A stretch of DNA of 64,000 nucleotides. Origin: Desulfobacteraceae bacterium UBA2174. Lineage in GTDB: Bacteria; Desulfobacterota; Desulfobacteria; Desulfobacterales; UBA2174. The position numbers were made by a program, and so were the translations under genes. Where the stretch lies: the NCBI GenBank assembly GCA_002327445.1, contig DCWA01000009.1, positions 7,181-71,180 of the forward strand. The letters are read 5' to 3'. Below, piece after piece: positions 27,978-35,915 of the stretch (positions are counted from its first letter, which is position 1; every line of letters starts with the position of its first letter). The notes beneath the pieces were generated by a model. The model did not search any database and was not told the origin of the DNA. It saw only the letters and a program-made list of their open reading frames with translations.

Positions 27978-29185
27978 CGGGGGTCCTCCGGTGCCGCGTG
28001 CACCAGTTCAGGAAACGCGTTCAGATAGCGCAGGAGAACCAGGGCCATCAAGCCGGCGAACCCCAACCCCACCAGTACGTCTCCAAGACCGATGGGCAGG
28101 CTTGGTGCGCCGTGAAACAGCGCCGGGCCCAACAGCAGAAAATGTTCAAACCAGATCGCGATGATGCCCGCGGTGCAAATGGCGGCCATGGCGGCCGGCA
28201 TCGTCTTGATCCGCTTGTTGATCAGGATCAGAAACGGCAGCACGAAGCCGAGGATGAAGACCGTCCAGGCCAACGCGGCCCAGGGCGCGTGCAGGGTGCG
28301 CTCGATGACATAGGCCGTCTCTTCGGGGATGTTGCCGTACCAGATCACCACCAGTTGGGCGTAGAAGAAATCGGCCCAGACCAGGCAGAAGGCGAAAAAG
28401 AGCTTGCTGATGTCGTGAAGCTGGGCGCCGTCGATGCGAAAGGCGAAACGCGGGCTCAGGTGCAGCAGGGCCGCCAGGATGATGATGGCCCCGAAGCCGG
28501 TGTAGATCGCCTTGACGAAGGAATAGGCCCCGAACAGGGTCGAGTACCAGTGCGGGTCGGCAGCCATCACCAGGTCGAATCCGATCAGCGAAAGAACCAG
28601 GGCGAAGGCCAGGATGTACAGGACGGCCAGCACGGTGGTGCGCCGGTGCCAGCGGTCCGGATCGTCGTCCTCCCGGCGCCAGCGCGCCGAGAGGAAACTT
28701 CTCAGCGGCCCGGTCCCGCTGCCGTCCACCTTGCCGCGCAGCGCATGGTACACGTAGACATGGCCCAGCCCGTAGAGCACCAGCAGCCCCGCCAGGTCGC
28801 GGCCGAAGAGAAACGGGAGGTTGAGCCAGACTTCCTTGCCATGCAGGTCCGCGTGGCGCCAGGGGAAAACATGGTCCCCGCCGGCCGGCAGGATCAGGAA
28901 GAGAACCACCGAAACGGGAAAAAAGGCCGCGAAGGCTTCCGCCAGGCTCGCCAGCTTTCCACTCCAGCGCGCCCCCACCACCTGCATGACGGCGGAAAAG
29001 AGCACGGCCCCCTGGGCGATGGCCGAAAAGAGCAGGAAATTGACCAGGTAGGCTTGCCAGGCCCGGGCCGGGTCAACGGCCGCCAGCACGACGAAACCCA
29101 CCAGCCCCGCGCCCACCAGGATCAGGCTGGCCATGAAATAGGGCGGGCGCCGCGTCTGCCCAAAATCGGTGGCTTGCGGATTCAT
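27974..29185 (-). CDS. actF: ACIII subunit ActF-like (NrfD-fold membrane protein)
   Basis: WLNLPF, D..M..DPHWYSTLFG, Q..VIWYGNIPEET. Confidence 0.85.
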   Translation of the reverse strand: MNPQATDFGQTRRPPYFMASLILVGAGLVGFVVLAAVDPARAWQAYLVNFLLFSAIAQGAVLFSAVMQVVGARWSGKLASLAEAFAAFFPVSVVLFLILPAGGDHVFPWRHADLHGKEVWLNLPFLFGRDLAGLLVLYGLGHVYVYHALRGKVDGSGTGPLRSFLSARWRREDDDPDRWHRRTTVLAVLYILAFALVLSLIGFDLVMAADPHWYSTLFGAYSFVKAIYTGFGAIIILAALLHLSPRFAFRIDGAQLHDISKLFFAFCLVWADFFYAQLVVIWYGNIPEETAYVIERTLHAPWAALAWTVFILGFVLPFLILINKRIKTMPAAMAAICTAGIIAIWFEHFLLLGPALFHGAPSLPIGLGDVLVGLGFAGLMALVLLRYLNAFPELVHAAPEDPR

Positions 29186-29193
29186 TCCCCGTT

Positions 29194-29230
29194 GTCCCTT
29201 GGGTCGTTTATGTCCTTTTTGTCCCTTTGT
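29194..29230. repeat. 9-bp-period tandem array (GTCCCTTNN)
   Basis: GTCCCTTGG GTCGTTTAT GTCCTTTTT GTCCCTTTG between actD and actF; same unit as 24973-25010. Confidence 0.7.
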
Positions 29231-29233
29231 TTT

Positions 29234-29788
29234 TCAAGCATGGGACAATCCGTGCGCCTTCCTACCCGCTTCATCCTCCCCTGCGAAGGCGCGCAGCGCC
29301 GTGGCCCCTTGCCCGGTGAAAAACGCCTCCAGCGCCGGCCGTTCGGCGGCGTCGCAGGCCGCCACCACCCCGTACTGGTCACCGCTGAGCCGCGGGTCAT
29401 ACGTTTCTAAGTCCCGGTAGCGCGGCAGGCCCGTCTGCAGGATCAACCCGACGACGTTTCCGAAGACGGCGAACAGGATGGTGAACTCGAAGCCCACGAT
29501 GAAAAAGGGAACTAGCGCCACCACCGGCTTCCCGCTCACGATGAGCCCCCAGCGCGCGGCGGTGAAGGCCGCCAGGAGGAAGCCGGTGAAAAATCCGATG
29601 ATGCCGCCGGCCAGGGTGAACCAGCCCACCGGGCTTTTCTTCACCCCCACGGCTTCGGCGAGGCGGCGGCTGGGAATGGGGCTATGGGTGCGCAGCAGGC
29701 GCCAGCGCGAACCCTTGATCCCCTCCACCGCCCCCGCGGCGGCCGTCTCGTCGGCAAACAACCCCATCACGTGGGCTTCAGGCGCCAT
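29234..29788 (-). CDS. actD: ACIII subunit ActD (DUF3341)
   Basis: THSPIP, V.GKP, P.F.I..FE.TILF, YDPR.S.D. Confidence 0.88.
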   Translation of the reverse strand: MAPEAHVMGLFADETAAAGAVEGIKGSRWRLLRTHSPIPSRRLAEAVGVKKSPVGWFTLAGGIIGFFTGFLLAAFTAARWGLIVSGKPVVALVPFFIVGFEFTILFAVFGNVVGLILQTGLPRYRDLETYDPRLSGDQYGVVAACDAAERPALEAFFTGQGATALRAFAGEDEAGRKAHGLSHA

Positions 29789-31094
29789 GGTCCGCTCCTT
29801 GATGCACGATCTCCTTCATCTCCGTCATGGATACCGACGGCATGTGCTTGACGAAGAGGAAAAAGAGAAAAAAGAACAGCGAGAAGCTGCCGATCATGAT
29901 TCCGAACTCGATGGCCGAGGGATGGTAGAGGCCCCAAGCGTAGGGGAGAAAATCGTGGGCCACGCTGGTGACGATGATGACGAAGCGCTCGTACCACATG
30001 CCGATGTTCACCAGGATCGAGATGCCGAAGAGCCAGCCGATGCGGGTGCGGATCGCCTTGAAGAAGAACAGCAACGGCACGAGGGTGTTGCAGACCACCA
30101 TGATCCAGAATCCCACGGCGTAGTCGCCGGTGGGCCGATACTGGAAAATGGCCATCTCCACGGGGTTGTGGCTGTACCAGGCGATGAAGAATTCGGTGCC
30201 GTAAGCGAAACCCACGATCAGGCCGGTGAAGATGATCGTCTTGGCGACGCTTTCCAGCACGTGCACGGTGATGATGCGCTCGTAGCGGAAGATGCGCCGC
30301 AGCGGGATGATCAGCGTCAGCACCATCGCCAGCCCCGAGTGGATGGCCCCGGCCACGAAGTAGGGCGCGAAGATGGTGGTGTGCCAGCCGGGCACCACTC
30401 CTAAAGCGAAGTCCCAGGAGACGACGCTGTGCACCGAGATCACCAGCGGCGTGGCCAGGGCCGCGAAGAAGAGATACCCGCGGCTGTAGTGGCGCCACTG
30501 CTCGTGGCGGCCGGTCCAGCCGAGGGACAGGACGGTGAAGATTTTCTTGCGCGCCCCTTCGGCCCGGTCGCGGATGATGGCCAGGTCCGGCAGCATCCCG
30601 GTGTACCAGAACAGCGAACTGACGGTGAGGTAGGTGCTGATGGCCACCACGTCGAACATCAGCGGGGACTGGAAGTTGGGCCACAGGGTGCGCTGGTTGG
30701 GCAGCGGCAGCATGTAGTAGACCATCCAGACCCGCCCGAGATGAATGAAGGGAAAGAGGCCGGCAATGCAGACGGCGAAGACCGTCATGGTTTCGGCCGC
30801 CCGGGCGATGGGGTTGCGCCAGCCGGCCCGAAACAGGTGCAGAATGGCCGAAATCAGGGTCCCGGAGTGCGCGATCCCCACCCAGAAGACGAAGTTGATC
30901 AGGTAGGTGCCCCAGTGCACCGGGTTGTTCATCCCGGCCACGCCCACGCCCACCAGGATCTGGTACAGCCAGCAGCCGGCGCCGAGCATCACCCCGCCGA
31001 ACAAGGCGGCGATGAGCAGCCAGTAGCGCCACCCCGGCGGTCGCAGCGTATCGAGAACCGTATCGTCGATGGTATTGAAGGTAAGGGCCCTCAT
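29778..31094 (-). CDS. actC: ACIII quinol-oxidising subunit ActC (NrfD/PsrC family)
   Basis: NFVFWVGIAHSGTLISAIL, R.AE.MT.FAV, HLGR.W, SPL..D..AISTY, PLVISVHSVVSWDFA, PGWHTTIF.PYFVAGAI. Confidence 0.93.
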   Translation of the reverse strand: MRALTFNTIDDTVLDTLRPPGWRYWLLIAALFGGVMLGAGCWLYQILVGVGVAGMNNPVHWGTYLINFVFWVGIAHSGTLISAILHLFRAGWRNPIARAAETMTVFAVCIAGLFPFIHLGRVWMVYYMLPLPNQRTLWPNFQSPLMFDVVAISTYLTVSSLFWYTGMLPDLAIIRDRAEGARKKIFTVLSLGWTGRHEQWRHYSRGYLFFAALATPLVISVHSVVSWDFALGVVPGWHTTIFAPYFVAGAIHSGLAMVLTLIIPLRRIFRYERIITVHVLESVAKTIIFTGLIVGFAYGTEFFIAWYSHNPVEMAIFQYRPTGDYAVGFWIMVVCNTLVPLLFFFKAIRTRIGWLFGISILVNIGMWYERFVIIVTSVAHDFLPYAWGLYHPSAIEFGIMIGSFSLFFFLFFLFVKHMPSVSMTEMKEIVHQGADHGA

Positions 31095-31555
31095 TTCGCA
31101 CTCTTCGGTGGTTGGAAATGAACCGCGGACAGGCGCGGACGGTCGCAGACGCTCAGGCGGCCTGGCGGCCGGAAAGGCTCGGACACCGTCAGGCCGAGGA
31201 CCATGCGCTTGATCTCAGCCCGTGCATGCTTGAAGTTGACCAACAGGCCGACCTGCTTTCCGGTAGCCTTGAGGTAATGAAGCAACTGCGCCTCATGCAC
31301 GGGAAGGAGCGCCTCCACCGTCTTGACCTCTATGATCACCTGGTCTTCCACCACGATGTCCGCGAAATACTCACCTACCCCTTGCCCCTTGTAGCAAACC
31401 TTCAACGGCACCTGGCTTCCCGCATTCAACCCCCGTTCTCGAAGTTCAATTAAAAGGGCCTTTTCATAGACCTTTTCAAGAAACCCATGGCCCAATTCGC
31501 GATTGACCTCAAAAACGGCCCCGTTGATCCGGTATGTGATATCGTTGACATCCAC
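31091..31555 (-). CDS. GxxExxY protein (PD-(D/E)XK-like)
   Basis: GFLEKVY motif, ADIVVE..VIIEVK, AQLL.YLKATG..VGLLVNF. Confidence 0.92.
   Translation of the reverse strand: MDVNDITYRINGAVFEVNRELGHGFLEKVYEKALLIELRERGLNAGSQVPLKVCYKGQGVGEYFADIVVEDQVIIEVKTVEALLPVHEAQLLHYLKATGKQVGLLVNFKHARAEIKRMVLGLTVSEPFRPPGRLSVCDRPRLSAVHFQPPKSAK
31121..31150. repeat. 3x10-bp repeat arm at the 3' end of GxxExxY
   Basis: AACCGCGGAC AGGCGCGGAC GGTCGCAGAC; inverted relative to 31660-31689. Confidence 0.8.
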
Positions 31556-31659
31556 TTTGATCTACGGTTCGAATCGATTCCCGTCGATTCCCGCTTTCTA
31601 TCCCGTTTGTTTTTTTTCTTTTTACGTCCAGCAGAGGTTGCTCCACCAAATTCTTGATT

Positions 31660-31689
31660 GTCTGCGGTTGTCTGCGTCCGTCTGCGGTT
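31660..31689. repeat. 3x10-bp repeat arm upstream of GxxExxY
   Basis: GTCTGCGGTT GTCTGCGTCC GTCTGCGGTT, 4 nt from the actB stop codon. Confidence 0.85.
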
Positions 31690-31693
31690 TCTT

Positions 31694-34639
31694 TCAGACT
31701 TCTTGCACCACCTTTTTCAGGTAGATCACCGCCGGCTTGGTATTCAGGTACCCCATCACCTGGTAGGCCCGCCGGTCGTCGCAGAGCCGCCGCACGCGGC
31801 TGTTGGGGTCCATCAGGTCCCCGAAGACCAGGGCGCCGGTGGGGCAGGTCTGCACACAGGCCGGGGTGATCTCCCCGTCACGGATGCGGCGCCTTTCGTT
31901 TTTGGCGGCGTTGTGGGCCGCCTTGATCCGCTGCACGCAGAAAGAGCATTTTTCCATCACCCCCTTGGCGCGCACCGTGACGTCCGGGTTGTACTGCAAC
32001 TGCATCGGGGCCGGCGCCGCGTAGGTGAACCAATTGAATCGGCGCACCTTGTAGGGGCAGTTCTGGGCGCAGAAGCGGGTGCCGATGCAGCGGTTGTAAA
32101 TCTGGTTGTTGAGCCCCTCGGTGCCGTGGTGGGGGGCATAGACCGGGCAGACCGCCTCGCAAGGGGCGTTGTCGCAGTGCTGGCACATCATGGGCAAAAA
32201 AAAGACCCGGGTCGGATCCGCCGGGTCGAGGTAGCGCTCGATGCGCAACCAGGCCATCTCCCGCCCCTCCAGCACCCGCTCTTCGCCCACGACGGCCACG
32301 TTGTTTTCCGCGGCGCAGGCCACGGCGCAGGCCCCGCAGCCGATGCAGCGATCCAGGTCCACCACCATCCCCCAGCGGTATCCGGCGTGGTCGTGGGGAG
32401 AATAGGCGTCGCGCGCGGGGTCGTAGCCCTCGGGCAGCGGCAGCGTCATGGGAAAATCGTGCATCGTCAGACCGGGTTTTTCGGCCCGAGGGGGCGCCTG
32501 AAGATGCGCCAGGTCCACTTGCAGGGCGATCTTGCGGTCGTGCTGGATGCGGCTGCCGTCGGTGTGGGCCAGGGGGGTGCGTCCCCCGGTGGCCTCCACC
32601 TGCCCCGGTCCGACGGCCATGGGCAGGGTCGTCCGCCCGTCGGCCTGGTCCAACCTCAAAAGCAGGAACGGATTGGGCCCTCGCTCGCGGGCGTAGCGTC
32701 CCGCGGCCATGTGTCCCTGACCGGCGCCGATCATCAGGATCTCGGGCGCCACTGCTTCCGAAATGTAGACGGTGGCCGTGACTTGCGCTTCCGCCACACG
32801 GATACGGCAGTCGGCGCCGTGGGACAGGCCCAGGCGGCTCGCGGTGTGGGGATGAACCGTCACCGGCGTCCGCCAGGTGACTTGGGTCAGGGCATCGGGC
32901 AACTCCAGCAGCCAGGGGTGATCGGCGCTGCGGCCGTCGTAGAAGCGGATGGACGGCGCCACCACCACCACCGGCGCCTCTGCGGGCACCGGCGGAGCCG
33001 GCAATTCGGCCAGACCGCGGGCGGCATCGACCAGGGGGATGACGAAGGGCAGGTTTCCCTCCGAGGGCGTCTCGAAGCGACCGCCGTGCTGGAGCAAACG
33101 CGCATAATCGGATTCCTGGCGCAGACCGGCGCGCTCCATCAGGGACTGGACGAGCCATTGCCGATAGTCGGCCACCGGCCGCCGCGAACCGTAGGCCAGG
33201 GACAGGAGGACATCCCCCACCGACGGCGCCGGATCCGGATGAACCGGCCCCATGGCCGGCTGCAGGTTGGAGATCAGGCCGATCCAGCCGCCGTATTCGT
33301 CCCAGCTCTCCAGGGGATGGGCCAATGGAAAGATCAGGTCGGATGCCTCGGCGGTGTCGTCGTTGCCGGCGGTGAAGGAGACAACGAAGGTCCCGCTCCG
33401 CCGAAGCCTTTCGATCTGTCCCCCCGCTCCGGGAAGGTTGTGGATCGGATCGACCCGGTTGAGCAGGAGCACGGCGGGACGGTCTTCCGCCAGCCGCTCC
33501 AGGTACCGGTGCAGTGCACCGCCGGCCCGGGCCTGTTCCAGGCGATGGCGCCGCCCCGTGTCGATCCGCGCCAGTTCGGGATCCAACAGCCGCTGCAGCA
33601 GGTTGGCCGCCGCATGGGTGGTGGCATCGTTGGGCGCGCCGGCGCCGCACCCGAGCACCAGGGGTCGCCGGGCATCGGCCAGGCACCGGACCAGCAGGCC
33701 AAAATCCTCGGGCCGGATACCGGCCGTCTCGACGACCCGCTCCGGCGTCCAGCTCCCGGAGGCCCGGTGGATGGCATCGCGGACTTCGCCGGGCAGGCCG
33801 GTGCCCTTTTCCCCGCGGGTCCACTCGTTGAGCAGCCCCAGGGCGATGGCGGCCTCACCGCCCGGGCGGCAGGGAATCCAGCGGTCGGCATTGGCCCCGG
33901 TGACATTCTGGAAGGGAGACACCTGGACCAGCACCGCCTTGGTGTTGTCCGTGACGGCATGGGCCTGCTTGAAGTGCCGGGCGTATTCCACCGGCGACAG
34001 CCAGGTATCGAGAAAATCGGCTCCCAATGAAACAATCCGGTCGGCGGCCTCCAACCGGTAGCCGACCAGGCCGTCCACCCCGAAAATCCGCCGGTTGGCC
34101 TCCCTGAGGGTTTCGAGCGCCAGCGGTTCGTAGACGAACGGCGCCGGGCTGTCGAGGGCGGTCATGGCCCGGGTCATCAGATCGAGCAGGCTCTCGCCGA
34201 CACAGCCGGTCACCAGGGCGACGCGCCCTTTTCCGGGACAGGCGGCGGCTTGGGCCTTCTGGCACATCAGGGCTTCGGCCTCGCCGAAAGGGATGGTGCG
34301 CCACCCCCCCTTCACGCGCAGCCGCGGCAGGGCCGGACGATCCGGATGGTAAAGCCCCTGGAGCGCCGCCTGGCCCCGGGCGCAGAGGGTCCCCCGGTTG
34401 ATCGGATGCAGGGGGTTGCCCTCCAGCTTGACGACCCGTCCCTCGCGGTTGGATGCCAGCACCCCGCAGCCGGCTGGGCATTCCCGGCAGGTGGTGGCAT
34501 ACCAGGTCGGCTGCCCGGGAACCTGGTCGTCGGGGGCCTGGACCAGGGCATGCAGCCGTTTTTCCGCCTCGGGTGAGCAGCCGGCGGCAAACGCGATGCT
34601 GCCGAGGCCGGCTGTCTTGAGAAAGGTTCTCCGATTCAT
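31694..34639 (-). CDS. actB: ACIII subunit ActB (molybdopterin-oxidoreductase-like domain fused to Fe-S domain)
   Basis: Tat signal NRRTFLK + lipobox AAGC; CRECPAGC...C; C-terminal CIGCGAC..AC, CQHCDNAPCE.VCP, CIGTRFC..NCPY, EKCSFC, ACVQTCP. Confidence 0.92.
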   Translation of the reverse strand: MNRRTFLKTAGLGSIAFAAGCSPEAEKRLHALVQAPDDQVPGQPTWYATTCRECPAGCGVLASNREGRVVKLEGNPLHPINRGTLCARGQAALQGLYHPDRPALPRLRVKGGWRTIPFGEAEALMCQKAQAAACPGKGRVALVTGCVGESLLDLMTRAMTALDSPAPFVYEPLALETLREANRRIFGVDGLVGYRLEAADRIVSLGADFLDTWLSPVEYARHFKQAHAVTDNTKAVLVQVSPFQNVTGANADRWIPCRPGGEAAIALGLLNEWTRGEKGTGLPGEVRDAIHRASGSWTPERVVETAGIRPEDFGLLVRCLADARRPLVLGCGAGAPNDATTHAAANLLQRLLDPELARIDTGRRHRLEQARAGGALHRYLERLAEDRPAVLLLNRVDPIHNLPGAGGQIERLRRSGTFVVSFTAGNDDTAEASDLIFPLAHPLESWDEYGGWIGLISNLQPAMGPVHPDPAPSVGDVLLSLAYGSRRPVADYRQWLVQSLMERAGLRQESDYARLLQHGGRFETPSEGNLPFVIPLVDAARGLAELPAPPVPAEAPVVVVAPSIRFYDGRSADHPWLLELPDALTQVTWRTPVTVHPHTASRLGLSHGADCRIRVAEAQVTATVYISEAVAPEILMIGAGQGHMAAGRYARERGPNPFLLLRLDQADGRTTLPMAVGPGQVEATGGRTPLAHTDGSRIQHDRKIALQVDLAHLQAPPRAEKPGLTMHDFPMTLPLPEGYDPARDAYSPHDHAGYRWGMVVDLDRCIGCGACAVACAAENNVAVVGEERVLEGREMAWLRIERYLDPADPTRVFFLPMMCQHCDNAPCEAVCPVYAPHHGTEGLNNQIYNRCIGTRFCAQNCPYKVRRFNWFTYAAPAPMQLQYNPDVTVRAKGVMEKCSFCVQRIKAAHNAAKNERRRIRDGEITPACVQTCPTGALVFGDLMDPNSRVRRLCDDRRAYQVMGYLNTKPAVIYLKKVVQEV

Positions 34640-35174
34640 TTCGATGAAATGCTCCTGAAATAAACCCTTCCGCCGGTTGATCCGGCCGCTGCCGGCGCTG
34701 AATCGATCCCGCGCCAAAAGCATACACAGCGGGTGAATTTCATTCAAGAAAAAGCTGGCAAGCCCGGCTCCGGCGGGCGGGCCTCCGGATTGACACGTTT
34801 CCGGGGAGGATTACGTTGTCATCGAAGTCCTCGAAACGAATTGAAAAAACGGGGCGCCGCATGGGTCGGCCAACCCGACAGCGAAAGGAGCACCCCATGA
34901 TCGGAATCATGATCACCCTCCTGGTCCTGGCTTACTTCGTCAACCGTTGCATGCCCACCAGGGAAACGGCATCGTCTTGCAAGCTCTGAATCCGCATTCG
35001 CCGCGCCGGCGCAGGATCCGGCCGGTGCGGCGCTTCTGAGCAACGACCTTTTCAGAGACGACAAAACGATAGTGTAGTGAATATTACAATTCATCGGATG
35101 GAAGCGTCAAGAAAAACTAAATTCCATTCATTTGATACGGCATCGTTGCCCAGAGCCGATAATCGTTTCGGCCG

Positions 35175-35393
35175 TCAGGGCTTCGCCGGAATTTGGCGGC
35201 ATCGGGTTTCGCGGGTGAACAGCAGCAGGAGCAAGGACAGGGCCAGCCAGGCGATCATCAATGAAAAGCCCGCCCGGTAGGCGGCGGCATCGTATCGGCG
35301 CACCCCGTCCACCAGGGTGCCGGTCCAACAGGTATCCAGAGCCCAGCCCACCAGGGGCTGCAACAGCATGGGGCCGAGCATCACTCCCATGTT
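35175..35393 (-). pseudogene. 3'-terminal fragment of an MFS transporter
   Basis: NMG.MLGP.LLQP.VGW.LD...Y....YRAGF...LL..RET resembles the last two MFS helices; upstream sequence is unrelated (AAA fragment). Confidence 0.6.
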
Positions 35394-35704
35394 CACCAGC
35401 ACCACCACCCGCAGCCCCGTCTGCGCGTGGGTCTGGCGCAGCAGCTCGGCAAACCGGTTGCTGGCCGCTGGATAGCGCTGGGGCAGGCGCCATCGTTCTT
35501 CGTAGCGTCCCAACTGCCGATCCATACTCTGCTGCAACGCCTCCACCGAACCGAGCACCCCGCCGACGAAATGAAGGCCAACACCGGATGCACCAACGAC
35601 CAGTCCCGGTGCGTCTCGGCATACAGCCCTGCAAACAGCTCGCGGCTGCCGGAAAAAAGCTCCTTGAACGTGTCGATGAGCAGGCTCTTGCCGAAACGCC
35701 GGGG
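35394..35704 (-). pseudogene. Frameshifted internal fragment of an AAA-ATPase gene paralogous to 35916-37469
   Basis: Aligns by eye to 37023-37334 (PRRFGKSLLIDTFKELFSGSRELFAGLYAE...RVVVLV) with a 1-nt deletion near 35571. Confidence 0.85.
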
Positions 35705-35915
35705 CTGGAGGCGGATGAATCCCGTACATCCCCACGAATATCGTCTATTTTGCACTCGTCCTGCAACCTAGACGATATTTTTGGAGAATAGACGGCATCG
35801 TCCATTCCCGTGAGCGCCATTTTGAGAGGAAATCTTAGAAGGCCTCCGTTTTTTCCTTGGATTTCTGTGGCCTCTTGGCCGAGCCGCAGATCCAAGGTGG
35901 CGTAACGCTTTTCTG

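Noticed and set aside
34700-35170. FNR- or Rex-like boxes upstream of actB (GTGAATTTCATTCAA, TTGATACGGCATCG)
   Set aside because: Only half-site matches with wrong spacing; not supportable by eye
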